From Antedon mediterranea (lineage: Eukaryota; Animalia; Echinodermata), in NCBI RefSeq assembly GCF_964355755.1, contig NC_092675.1, positions 27,686,912 to 27,750,911 of the forward strand: a DNA stretch of 64,000 nt, written 5' to 3'. The notes beneath the pieces are model-generated. The model worked only from the letters and a program-made list of their open reading frames with translations, was not told the origin of the DNA and did not search any database. The position numbers were made by a program, and so were the translations under genes. Shown here one piece after another: positions 49,455 through 63,462 of the stretch (position 1 is its first letter; every line of letters begins with the position of its first letter).

Positions 49455-49704
49455 GCTGCTGCTACTACTACTGCTACTACTACTACTACTGCTACTACTA
49501 CTACTACTGCTACTACTACTACTACTACTGCTACTACTACTACTGCTACTACTACTACTACTGCTACTACTACTACTGCTACTACTACTGCTACTACTAC
49601 TACTACTACTGCTACTACTACTACTGCTACTACTAATACTACTACTACTACTACTGCTGCTACTACTACTACTACTACTACTACTGCTGCTACTACTACT
49701 ACTG

Positions 49705-49742
<38 letters not shown>

Positions 49743-49797
49743 GCTACTACTACTACTACTACTACTGCTACTACTACTACTACTACTGCTACTACTG

Positions 49798-49838
<41 letters not shown>

Positions 49839-49963
49839 GCTACTACTACTACTACTGCTACTACTACTACTACTGCTACTACTACTACTGCTACTACTAC
49901 TACTGCTACTACTGCTACTACTGCTACTACTACTACTGCTGCTACTACTACTACTAATAATAA
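48738..49963. repeat. ~1.2-kb compound trinucleotide microsatellite (CTA/CTG)n
   Basis: Near-continuous CTA repeats with CTG interruptions; CTG-rich in the first ~200 bp. Confidence 0.98.
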
Positions 49964-50669
49964 TGAATAAGAACGTGAATAGAACTTGAACTTGAATATT
50001 CAATTTACAGACATAACATTTGAAACTATATGAATTGCCAAAGATGCTTTTCGTTTATTATGTAATGCCATTATATTGATATTTGTCCATGCAAAGAACC
50101 GGCGAAGACGAGGAAATATGTTTGCAACATGAAGAAATAAGTTACATTAGCATAATTTCTCCATGGTCCAACTATAGAGTTGTTTTGTTCCGACAGATAC
50201 CCTATGCCCATGGCACTGCCTATGAGAATATTGAAATAAAAACACAGTCATTTGAGAGATTAAATTGCTCCTTTACCTCATTCTTATTTGTTTATTTAAT
50301 AAAATTTATTTTTCGAAAAGTTAATTTCCGGTTCAATTTAAGTCGCATTGTACGTACAAAATAAGACGATCATTAGGAAAGTTGTAGTTTCTGCACGATT
50401 AAGGCAAATTCTTTAAAAGGCATTGAATGATCGTAGAATCAGGTGTTTATAAAAAGCGTGTTATTTTAGCACAATTAAAGCAACATCCGCTTTGTAATGA
50501 AAACCGGATAAACATAACAATGGATGTCAACATGTCACTTTAGGATTCCTCGAAATGAACTCAAAATAGAGAGACAGAACAGAATTCGATGGTACGATCT
50601 ATTTCGATTATTTTCAAGAATAACTTGTAGTGAATTACAGTAGAATGTATCGGTAGTTTTAGTTTCAAC

Positions 50670-50727
50670 CAGGGAGTTGTAAAATATTATTATATTATTT
50701 TTATAAATATTATTTTACAACTCCCTG
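50670..50727. mobile_element. Tiny hAT-type MITE (58 bp)
   Basis: TIR CAGGGAGTTGTAAAATA...TATTTTACAACTCCCTG; 8-bp flanks GTTTCAAC and GTTTCAAA; a lone similar end at 10500. Confidence 0.8.
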
Positions 50728-53700
50728 GTTTCAAAGGTGTCCCCTTAATAAGAGATCCTAATTTACGTGTTTCAAATTTAACGGAACCGCTACGCAGATG
50801 ATACCCATATTAAGGGGACGAGGATACATTTGAGTGGGACAAAAATGGTTAATTCAACCTCATTAAAGGGATAATTTCGTTTTTATGGCTTTAGTGTCCC
50901 CTGAACAGGTGTACACTTGTTAGGGACACCCATATTAAGACAATTTGTTGGGTCTCAAAGGTATCCATTTAATAGAAGGTTCTACGGTAATTGTGACAAA
51001 TTAAAATTGTATTAAATCTTATGCTTCCTTTCAACCGAAATATTGCACAGATTTAGCTGGTTCAATTCATATGCAAATTAATCAAATGTCTCATTTTAAT
51101 GTTAGAAACTTTGAGAGAGAACGTACCAAGCCCGATTTGATTCACCACGATTAAAGGGTATAAAAAGTATCTGTTAGAAGTCTACAAAGACTTTTTAAAA
51201 GTCGTTAATCGTCTGCTAAGTAGTCAGGGAGTGTTTACTTTAGAAATTAACAATTGGAAGATTTAGCGGTGTCTTTTGAGGAAATCGAACACACTGGGCG
51301 CTTCACAATAGCCCAGTCAGCTGTTTAGCCCCTCCCATTGAGTTTTCGCGCTAGCTTATTCAAGATTTGGAACCAGTGGAAATCTCCGTATAATTACAAG
51401 TCAATCAATATCGGCATCTTCAAAGCAGCGTGAAGGCGAAAATGCTAATTACAGTCCGTTAAACTTGTCGATAATTAGTGAGCGTCACTCTCTTTAGTTA
51501 ATTCTTCCCGTTCTATTATGTACGACTGTCTTCAATGCCGTACTGAATGTATTGTTACTGAAATGTCAATCTTTACTAATGGCATCCAATACAGGAAGTG
51601 GTACTATTATAGATAAACCCATGGTTTTATTTCAGTAACTTAGTGGGGCAACCCGTGTCTGAGTTTTTACGTACAAAGAAGGTGATGTTTTATATAACAA
51701 TAAATCAAACATGCTTGCTTAACACATTAGGTCAATGTAAGAAGACAGAAGAAAGTAGGCCTATCATTGTATCGGTAAAATCCATCGATCGTCTTAGAGA
51801 AAAAGGACTGAATGAATTGAACAAACTGGTTCTTGTAATAAAGGTAAATATTATTTAAATATTTTTTAATTCAAAACTAAAAGTATACGAATAAACATAT
51901 TAACTGAATAAATTGAAATATTCTTGTTTAGTTAATTCCTTTGTCCTATCTTTTCTTCTGAGAGGGAATTTTGATTCTAAAGTGTTTTATTTTATCTTTA
52001 GGCCTATAGGCTAAATTATATTTATTTTAATTTTATTGTTACATGTTCATGTCTTGTCACGATGTATTTCTAGGCGGGTCCCTAATGATCAGCCACGGCT
52101 GGATGGACCACCCTCGTAAAATATTGTTGAAATAAATAAAATTAAAGCAATGGACATAAAAGATAGATAGGTCTATTTTGAATCTGTTTATGAACCAATC
52201 GTCGTTGAGGCCTACTTATTTGATTTAGATGAAATCGTTGTATAACTTAAATATTGTATTATAATACTTGGATTTAGATGGAATTTGTTCCTAAGGCAAC
52301 GTAGCTTTTTTTCCAAATTCAGGCACAAACTGGACTCAACCTGACCATGACTTCATTTTAAATCCTTAAAATTGGGACAAAAAGCTACAATATCAACCAA
52401 TATTACCGTAACCTATGTACCCGATATAAAATAAAATATTAAAGGCTTAATCTATTTGCCTGAATTTAGAATTATGATTAAACGAAACGAGAATATTTTA
52501 ACAGTTTCTAAACATTACAACCCATATTAATTTAGCTTATAATATTGATCATCATTATGGTTAGTCGCGCCGTCGAGTACATAATGGTCACCACGCGTCG
52601 ATAACATTATTATTATGATTGCTAATGCGGTCATACCAATAAAAAAAAACTCGTAAAGACACACGCTTTATGATTAAATAAATTGAGCAACGATTTACCT
52701 TAAATGACATTATAAACTCATCTGTGATCTTCTAGTGCCGTGTGACATTGAAACAAAATCGATTTCGGGATATGGCAGTTGCTTAACGTTGTATATGAAT
52801 CACGAACTTAACTTCACAAAACAGTTTTTCACATAATAAATAGATATCAGGATGAGTATCGCGTCGTTGTTAGATACACGATTCAATTCATATTGTCCAA
52901 ATTTAAAATACATATGCATAAATAAACATAATTCTATAACATTTAAAAACATACATTATTATTCTTTAAATTTGGAGAGACACTCTACCGGTGACAGCGT
53001 TTTTTAATGCGTTTGTATCTCCTCGGCTCCGTCTATTTTATATTATAGCCTACATGTTTATGTTTTGTTAAGTTTATCATGTCTATTGCCGAAATGATAA
53101 AAATAAAAAATAAATAAAATAAAGGCATCTGAAAAGATAAGGTTAAAAATACAAGCAAATAACGTGCAGATTTAGTTTTTAGTTTTACAATTTCCATCAT
53201 TTAGTATTTAGTAATCTGATCGAGTAAGGCAAAAACGATTCATCCATCTCGTAGGGGGAAGGAGTACCTGATTGAAGGAGTAGGCCTACTGGTTGAAGGC
53301 ATCCGAGCAAACATAAAGCCCATGGATAAATTAGTTTATCTTACTTCTCCATAGCCAGCCATAATAATTCCTCCTCGCTGGCATGTCTTGCACCTCGTTC
53401 TATTCTCAGCATAAACACACTCGCCATCCCTTCTTTAACCTTTATTTTCTGTGTTTGTCAAAGTATGTATAGGCCTAGTATGTATAAATCACGAATTCAA
53501 TTTTTTTCAGTTTCTATAAAAAGCCGTAACAAATTGACTTACTGTTATATGTCTCAAATTAATATAACTGTCCTGTAGAGATTAGCAGATAATCCATGGA
53601 CTTAATCCAAAGTGTTTGTCATAATCCGGAGAGTCAGCTCATGGCTAACTTAAGACCACGTCCTAATAAGGTGAGTATTTTGTTAATCGGGTTTCTTTAG

Positions 53701-55562
53701 TTTTAATGATTTTGATAAAAATAAACAAATAAATAAAATTATAATAGAGCCCTAACAGTAGGTTATGTTACCAAGGGTCAAAGGTTATATCGGGGCATTG
53801 GAACTTACTTTCTCAAACATTCACATTAATCACGATTTACCGTTGATATTTTACTATATTTTTGTAAGATGAAAAAGTCAATGGGTGGCTTATTACTATT
53901 ACACGTATAGGAATGTTTTAACGTCTTAGCCAAGCGGGTGGTTCAGGCGACAAAGCACCACATTTGAGACGAGAACGATATCATATGGTAGGCCTAAGAC
54001 CGGAGTAAAAATACCTGAAATGCTAGACGAACAGACTATTTCAATCGTGTTTTTCTTTTGTTTGATTGCCGCCAAGGTGCTAGGTAAATGTGTTAGCAAT
54101 AACTTCTTGAAGAATAAAGCAAATTGAATTGCCTTACTGAACTTAGCCTAGGCGACCTGTAAAGAATAAGGATGGTGACCTGTTCGCAGGTTCCATTTGT
54201 AAACATGCCTAGGGGCCTATTAAACTACAAACTTCATCATTAATATATTATATTTCCTGTACAATATAGTAGCCTACGTAACGAATTTATCTTCTCCATA
54301 TCATTCAAATCAGCATGAGCAACTAACACAGGTTCCATTCTTATCTATGTAAAATAACGTGTTAGTTTTAAAAGCCTAGTTTAAAATGGCGTTCCACTTT
54401 TCTATTTTTTTCAACAATTAATGTGTTTTCAAAAACTTTATATACGGTAATGTAATTTGTAACCGAGTTAAATATGCCTTCAACATGTCTCATAGCATGC
54501 TGTACTAATAGTTCAATGTCCGTATTAAAATACGAAACATAGTTATGTTATTATAGCATTATTTAGCAAGCGTAAATGCAGGAGATTAAAACCGTAATAA
54601 ATCATTATAAAAGGCGTAATCGTCGTATCACAAATTTTCTTGGCATAATTATTAAATGAATTGACGTGTATGCCTAATTGTTTCCCTGTTACCGTACTCC
54701 ATATTGGGTAAATGAAATGGCCCCGTAGAGCTCATGTACGCGTTGGAGGGTGTCAAATCCCTTGTTACCCATAAATCAAAAAGGGAAATTATCGACTGGA
54801 ACAAAAATAAAGTTTACCTATGGGGAGTTCACTCCATGTTGCCTTTACATTTCTCGCCTTGCTAGGGTAAAGCAACGTTCGTACTAGGGTCGAGACAAAC
54901 AAATAAATCGTTCAATACCATTGTGCCATAACATTGTAAATAAAAGATAAACCAAATTGTTTTATAACTTTTAAATATATTTAGACTTTGTCGTACCAAG
55001 AGTTCACTCTTTTTGTCGCACTGTATGATTTAACACCCAGCAAGGGGGAATGATATAGAGGGCGGTATTGAAAATGTTATTTTGGCAGAATGTAATTCAT
55101 ATTACAGAAGTATAGATGAGAAAACTGTAAAGGCCTACTATATTTATGTTCCTTTCACTGTTTTTCTGAAATGACAAATCTGTATTACTCTGTTTTGTTT
55201 TTTAACACTAAATTAAGTCTTAATAACTAGAAACATAACAATAATGCCACAATGCGGCATATCAAATTTGCTCAGAATTACTATAATCATTACATCGACA
55301 TCATTATGTTACATTAGTTTATCAAGGTTGTAAAATTTTCAAAAACAGCAAAATTATATAATTTTCTGATAAATTATTGGTAATTACCGTAATTGGCAAA
55401 CCCTTTTATGCATTGTAATTGTAACTTGTACATACATGTATAAAGCACCAGAAACTACGAGTCGTTAATCTTTGAGAGTTTAAACTTTATTTTAAGCAAC
55501 GTACCGTACTCGTCGTTGAAATAATGGACCGAGAAATGTGACTGAGGTAAACCATGGACGAA

Positions 55563-55825
55563 TCTTCCACACTTCTAATCACATCTATAGTCAAATACTT
55601 CTGCACAGACACAAGGGCCGATAGAGAACCCCAAACTGTTACTCAAACATTGCATTTTCCTCATTTTTAAAGAATTATTCTTTTAATTGAGAGTCTTCAA
55701 CACTTCTAATCACATCTATAGTCAAATACTTCTGCACAGACACAAGGGCCGATAGAGAACCCCAAACAGTTAATCAAACATTGCATTTTCCTTATTTTTA
55801 AAGAATTATTCTTTTAAAATTGAGA
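55563..55825. repeat. Recent tandem duplication, 131-bp period, 2 copies
   Basis: ACTTCTAATCACATCTATAGTC... at 55571 and 55702, near-identical. Confidence 0.95.
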
Positions 55826-58800
55826 AATATAATACATTGAATATTATAACCTGTAAAGACAAAGGAGATTGTAAAAAAAATCGATTCAGTTCAGAAGTTA
55901 AAATACCATTGATCACATACCGGTAACCAGGATGTTCTTCAGAAAAGGTCACTAACCTCTTATTATTAATTCCACGTATAGTTCAATTTGTGAACGCATC
56001 GTTAGAACATCTTTAAACTCATCAAGCATTAGAAATGGAGTTTCGGAGTCTCATATTTTTCTAAATTTATATTAAAATAAATACAAAATAAAGAATGAGA
56101 TTGAATCTCTATTCTTAATAATTATTTCTTCTGGCTACATTATTTACTTATACTTTAATGGTATCGATATGAAAACACAGCATTGATAAATTATCAGGCT
56201 AGACGTCATTATCTTGCCATTAGGCCTATTAACTAACATTAACATTAATACTTATTTATATAGCACATTTCTAGGATAAACTCATATTGTTTGAATTCAA
56301 AATTAGTTGATTTTTTTTTTTAACTGATTATAGTCATAAAAATGTTTATTACTCGGCATAGTGTTCAAGAAATTGGGTCCGTCTACGGTGGTCGGCAAAT
56401 GTATTTCCTTAATGAACAATTTAAATAAAAGGCTAATCCAAGTAGGCCTAAATTAAGTAATGGCGGTTTCGGATCAAACGTCACCGGTTTGTTTGAGAGG
56501 AAGATCAAACTTATGTCCACAAAGATACACTATTTTGTACATGGTTTTTTTTCAGCCAAATACTTTGAGGTTATATTTTAATATATATTTTAATTGTAGG
56601 CCTAATCATGATTTAAACTTCCCTATTTTTAAAGTTGAACCTTAACATCTGTGTGCCATGGTATCTCCCTCCATACGTGTTTTAAAAGGACTCGCCTTGA
56701 AATGTTGCCGCAATGGTTGAAACCTACATTTTTGGAAAAGTTTGAATTGCAATCTATTTGTTGTTTTTGAATAAATATAGGCCAGGTTATAAACGGAAAC
56801 CACTCGTTGTAACCTGCAAGAGAGTGTGCAAAGTGAAGTTTAACCTCACCCTTAGGCCGGCAGTACCGGTACATCACCACAAAAAGGCAGGCGTTAATTG
56901 CGTTTTGCATCCTACGTTCACGACAGGCATATAGGCCTACGGAAAATGCAATTGACATTATTTTAATGTGTACCATCCCTAACGTGTTTCAATCGGACAC
57001 AGGTTCTTTTCTATCCAATTACCAGTAGGTTACTCGCTACAAACACCATCATTTTGGTGTTTGTATACGTATAGGCCCACTCGTTTTGTTGTGACCCGAC
57101 ATCTGGGTGACGGCGGCGTTCTCACGCCCAGCAGCAACAGTTGCGTACCATATGTAGGCCTACTGCTGCACTTGCCACACTCGGGCTCCTACTGACAAAA
57201 TTCGGGAAAATCAAAGCGAAATAAACTGTAACAAAAACAATTGTCATAGATCATTCGGTATAAATTATGAACGTTTTTGATAGTAAGCCGCGCCAGAGCT
57301 ATTACTGTTCAAAATAATTAAAATCAATTACCGAAATATGGAGGACAGTGTCTCACGTCAGTAGAATTGGAGTCACCACGACTCGGTTGAGTTTTTGCCA
57401 CAACAAAGTGTTTACCAATAAGTTGACGTGTTGTCATCATTGTATATTTCTCGTCACAGGAGGGTATCCAGCGTCTAATATTGCAATCTGATATTAATAT
57501 TAATAAAGTGATGATGGGGTGCGCTCACCTCATCACCAGCATTGGAGAATATTTATTATTTGTTTGTTATATTTATTTGTTAGGACCAATCAAGGTGCTT
57601 TAAACAGTCATGGCTTTGTTCGTATCAAACCTGTTAGTGGTGGTAATTATCGCTGTTGGTTTGGATTGAATAAAATAAAAAATAATTTAAAAACTTTATC
57701 TTTTGCGGAGTATTGTAAACACAATTTTATTTGTATTATTCTAATCATCATTATGGCTATAGATTGATCTTTGTCATCAATAAAGAAAGAAAAATAGATA
57801 TAAACAAGAAATATTTCTTACAAAAAACGCTGCTCGCTTATTGAAAAATATTTTTTATTTCAAATGTTTTTGAATGTGTCATTTTATTGTCACATAATAG
57901 TTATTTTACCTGAAAAATTGTAATTTAAAGCAACAAATACTTAAATTGTCTGTCAGACAATGGTTTTTGGGTTTCTTTTCTCTTTTTATAATATGTGAAT
58001 AAATATTATTTTTTTGTTACAGAAGTGAATACTCAATTTCTGTCACTTTAGGTAATTTTATTGCTAAGGTCAAGTCTGGGGGTCACTTCATCACTCTAGA
58101 TATTTCAAGTGTGAAGTATCCTATTACAAACACAAACTTTAATGGACTGTTATATCTGACAGTGAATTACAGTCAAAAGTCAGTAGTATAGTCAAATGGA
58201 CTGATAAATACCAGAAATGCTTTGGGATTTGTAATTTTAGCATGGCATGTCCTAATAGACTCTTTTCCCAGACGTTTTTTGGGTCTAGCAGCTGGAATTT
58301 CTATAATTTATAGTGGATTTTCCATTTTCGCAAAACTGTCGTCCTTGGAACTATAACTGCTGCTTGCTTTAGCTTCTGATTGAGTAGTCCTAACGGGACG
58401 TAGCGGGCTAGAGCAGCAGCGTGAAAACTGAAAAGCATTTAGGTTGAAAAAGCATGACAAACACTTGACCTATAGTATATATCAGGTTGTAACAAAAATA
58501 TATAACTTAAAGACCAATTCCCTACTACAATTTGTGACGTTTTGTAAAAATAATGCATATATATTACTTTCAAAACATTAAACCATGTCATTCCTTGTCT
58601 TCAACAATTCAGACTCCGTTGATATAAATTGGGGAAAACCCGATATTTTCACTGAAAAAGGCGACTAAAGTTATCTCAAAAGGACCATATAGTATTTAAT
58701 TATTTTTACATTAAATGTAGTTTATGACCTTAAATTAGATCTAAAAACGTAGGGAATGGGACTTGAAGTTTCCATCAATATCTTGTGTTAAGAAATATGT

Positions 58801-60170
58801 TTAGGCCCGTAGTAGTAATTAATTTATTAATTTAAGGTTTGTGTAAATAAATTGCTCCATGCTGCTAGTAACCAATCACTTTTTGATATAGGTTAACTAA
58901 GCATTCTTAATTATGATTACATCACCTTGTAATCGATGCTTGTATTAACGTTGCAATAATTATAGAGGGCAGCACAGAACGAAAACAAAATATAAATGTT
59001 TGCACAAAAACAAAAAAACATTCTAACGCTCTTAAACTGTTTTTTTTTATAGCTTTTTCGTAAAATAATGGTCGTCAGGAGAAGGCATATTTCGGCAGGA
59101 TTATCGGCGTTAAGAGGCATAAGGTTTGTCGCAAGGATAAGCAGTGTAAAAGGTAGCAAGTAATTGTTATTGTAAAGAAAGATCGCGAGTGAAAAATATA
59201 CAACACGAAACTAGCGTGCGAAAATGGGGTCGTAGGTTGTAAAGACAACTGACCTTAAAACGTAATTTCCGGTTTGTGATTCGTCGATTAAGCATTTAAG
59301 CGGTTAATTATTTCAAGTACGAACGACGCTCAATTTATAACCCGAGGCTTTGGGTGAAATTAAGCGCTTATTTTAACCACCGTACGAACACGACCTAGGA
59401 CACGTTGAATAAAACAATTGATTAGTAACTATTGCTATTGTATAAAACATCTTAATTAGGCCTAGGCCTATTAATTATTTTTTGTTGATCCAGTACGAGC
59501 AAAAATAATTGTAGTGAGTACGACCTTTTCAGACATCTGATTCGTTAAATTATTATATTTTAGGAATATTATCTCACGAAATATATAATGAATAATAAGG
59601 AAACGGAATTTTTTTCATACTACATTTTTGTGTGTACTATGCATTAATCATTATTCAATTTAGAAATTAATTTAGAGCGAAGGTTATACCGGTAGCAGGT
59701 GAGAAATAGGTTTGGAGTACTTAGTAATCAAGACAAGGATGTACCGACAATAATTATCTATATGGCCTATCGGTCTGTCCCATTATTTTTTACATTGATC
59801 CGTCAGTGCGGACACACATTGTTTGTTTGGCAAAATCAAAAGGTAGTAGTTTACCAAGCATTTACTCAATCATACAAGAAATGTAATTTTAATCACTTCA
59901 TCTATAGGCAGCGTATAAAAAAAGAAAACAATATCAAAACTCTCATTAATATTGATGAATTTTCGTACATGATTTAAACGTAATTATGAAGCAATGTATA
60001 CGGAATCTGATTTTATAATGCAGGTGTATTCATTAGACAGCGTCAATCATATATTAAAGACGTTATTTGTATAAGATTTCAGCTACCGTTATATTTCAAT
60101 TCGCTGGAGGTTTTTTAAAGTTGAAGGACGATGGGTGGGGAGTGGGAGTGGCTAAGAATAAACATCTTAA

Positions 60171-60554
60171 AGGCCCGTTTACACTAGGACAATAACGATG
60201 GACGATAAATAAAAAAACATACATTTTTCTTACATAAAATAAAAGAAATTGGAAAAGTTTTCGTTCTAGCACTATACGATAATCATCTATATGCTGTCTT
60301 TGATATTTTTTTTTAATTCAGTCAAATGACGTCATTATCAATAAAAACAATAAAATAGTTCTATTGCCACGATATTATTCCTCTTACTAATCATAACGTC
60401 ATTTGATAGACGTGTGAAAATATTATTTTCATCAAAGGTAGCATGGATGGTTATACTATAGTTCTATAGGATGAAAACTTGTTAGATTTCTTTTGTTTTA
60501 TGTATGAAAAATGTATGTTATCGTTATCATCCTAGGGTAGGCCTAAATGGACCT
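60171..60554. mobile_element. Harbinger-type MITE (family D) with long imperfect TIRs
   Basis: TAA|AGGCCCGTTTACACTAGGACAATAACGAT...ATCGTTATCATCCTAGGG[TAGGCC]TAAATGGACCT|TAA; a related internal fragment lies at about 61730-61825. Confidence 0.75.
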
Positions 60555-62102
60555 TAACGTTTCTTTTATTTAGGACGTAACGCAAGTCCCTAACTTTTTA
60601 ATATTAAAAAAAAATCAGCCATCGCCACGATATATTATTAATATGAATTGTCTGTGCTTATGCTATGGTTCCCGTTTCCGTATTCCTTCTTACATTCATA
60701 TCATAACTACCATAGGATATAATAAACCGTCTTAATTACGCGTTATATAATTAACGAGTATAAGTCAGAGAATTTGCATTTCCATTTCCTTATGACAAAT
60801 ATTTTACCTGGATTAAATTATTGATTTCTATAAGAAACCACAACAATAAAACCCTTATTTGTTTATTCTATGTTCAATTTATACAGTGCACGTGGAAGTC
60901 CAATTACATGAGAGAAGACGCCACAAATTGATGATTTACATAAGACTCTAACACATAACTATATTTAATGATTATTGGGTGGTTGTGGTGGTGCTAATGA
61001 AATTGGAAAAGCTCGCCATTCCTGATTGGATAACAGCTATTTATTTCTTGGAAGAAAATAGATAAGATGTATATCTTTATTCTGACAACCAATCACAATG
61101 ATGTTCGACAGTTAAGTCACCTGTGGTTAAGTGGCAGAAATTAATGCTATATTTTAGTCTATATTCCAACCCTCCTCTGTCATATTCCGCGTTAGTATCC
61201 CAGTAAACAGCCGGTGAATAATCAGAACATTATAGGGTTTATGCATGAGAGTCACACGTGAAGAGCATTTGAAATTGAAGGTAGGTTCATAATATTTATC
61301 ACATTGATCAGTTAAACAACATATAACATTAAGAAGTGCAAATCGTCGGATATCGCAATGTAACGTTCGTCGTTTGATAAAATTAAGATTTATTTCTACT
61401 ACTAGTTTGAAGATTCCTTTTTACAGTGAATTTAAATAATTTCTTAGTCCATTTTCTTGGTAGACGGACTAAAGTATGCTGTGTATTATAACATGATCTC
61501 ATTAGTAGACATTTAAAAGCCTCCTGTCACTCCCCTCTCTCTTTACCAGTATTAGTAATGTATATTTACTTGTTGAGAGCGCAGCATGTCAGACTAAGGT
61601 TATGTCTACGCTATATCAAACTAGTTTAATTATTACTACCCAAAAAAAAAAAACAAAAAAAAAAACAACGAAAATAGGATAAACCATTTATACTGTCTTC
61701 GATGAAAACAATACATTTTACAAATCCAATTAAATGACGTCATGATCAATAAGACTAGATCTATAATATAGTTGTGTCGAAACAATTTGTACTGTTCTTA
61801 TAACTGATCATGACGTCATTTGATTGCAGGATTTATATACTGTGCTTGTATCCTTAGGCAAGATACTCTAATTGGCTCGTCCTTCGGATGGGACGTAGAG
61901 AGATACATTGTGCTTGTGCACAATAAAGACTGAATACAGTCTTGTATTGAAGATATCACCCTGTAGTATATCGTAATGATAAGTAATGATTTACTTCCCG
62001 GGTGCTACCACACGCGTTACATTACCTATCCCGATGAGTATTCAATTTCAATATTGTAATCAATAATATAAAATACATTAAATTACTGATAAATTAGCTT
62101 GA

Positions 62103-62139
62103 CTAGATGGTACGCTCGCTTCGCTCGCGTACCATCTAG
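62103..62139. repeat. 13-bp-stem hairpin
   Basis: CTAGATGGTACGC-TCGCTTCGCTC-GCGTACCATCTAG; resembles subterminal hairpins of Helitron/MITE-like elements. Confidence 0.7.
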
Positions 62140-63462
62140 GTCGTGCCCACAGATGGTTCTCGAATACACAGTAATTTCAGCGTAACAAAACTGGCGATTT
62201 CAAATGTACGTACCGCAGGACTCTATACATTGTCGTTTACAGAAACGAATAAATAGACACGATGATTTATGTAGTCAACTAAAATTAGCACCCTGGGAAT
62301 TACTTTCGAAGGAGAAACTTATCACAAAATTGATTTGGACTCATTTAAAGAAACCCAATTTGTGTTTTGTATGTAACATTAGGGTTGAGGGATGGGAAAG
62401 CGGATAGGTACAAAGAGGAACAATTTTTAAATATATTCTTTATCCACTCAGTAACGAAATATTTTTTTCATGTTTTATAGGCCTATAAATAATATACCTC
62501 TAAATACAGTAAAACATTTGCGATTTAATACTTTTTTTATTTTATTTATTTATTTATTTCTTTTAAATATTCATTGTACACTAATTTTCCCCTTGTATGG
62601 CAAGAGATTCCTAATTATATTAGAGAACATTCTTTATTTAGTTTAGTTAAAACTGTCACTGTCATAATCGATTGAAATATTAAAGTACCATGTCACGATA
62701 CACAACTACGACGTTTATATTTGGTAATTATTAATTAATACAAACGTTGATAAAGAACTGTCAGTATAAAGTTTATTTGTATATAATAATGTGTTTATAT
62801 ATCTAAAAGTAGAGCCTATCCACAATCTCGCAAGTTTATTCTCAAAGGGCCCATATATTTACCTACCGTATGTGTTAAACCAAGGGTTCATAAATTTACC
62901 TACAGTACTTGTGTTAAACCAAACTCTGGCAGACTGAGAGATTGGGATGTTCCATTCATCGCAAATCAATAGATTTGTATAATCGTATATTAAATCTATC
63001 AAAATAGTATTTTTTAAAGAAAATCGGCCTGTCTTCAACATTATGATGGTGTACTCTAGCTGTTCAACCGGTTTTCAGCTATTAAAAACAATTATCGTAG
63101 GAGGAGATAGGAAAATGCGAAGCCTCCTCGCATTTTTGTGGCGGGTATTTTTCAAGACGGACATCCATTAGACAGTGTATACCACGATCGGAAAACACCC
63201 CTATTTGGGGCAAATCGTTGAACCTAAATTCGTTTTAATCGTCAATAACTAATTATCTAACTCAATTTAATTAGTAAACAGTGTTACATCAGGTGGTTAA
63301 AATCAGTACCGAAAGTACGAACCAACTTTATATACCATCGAGTACAAATTCTAAATGTAAGGCGCGATTTACCGAATTTTGCCCTTACGTAAATTTATAT
63401 ATAGATACATGATAAGTATTAAGTGCTATGTTACCATGCAATTCACCAATATATACGGTATA

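Noticed and set aside
49125-50003. 292-aa poly-Ser ORF
   Set aside because: It is simply the translation of the (AGT/AGC)n microsatellite, with a non-ATG start and no splice or domain support.
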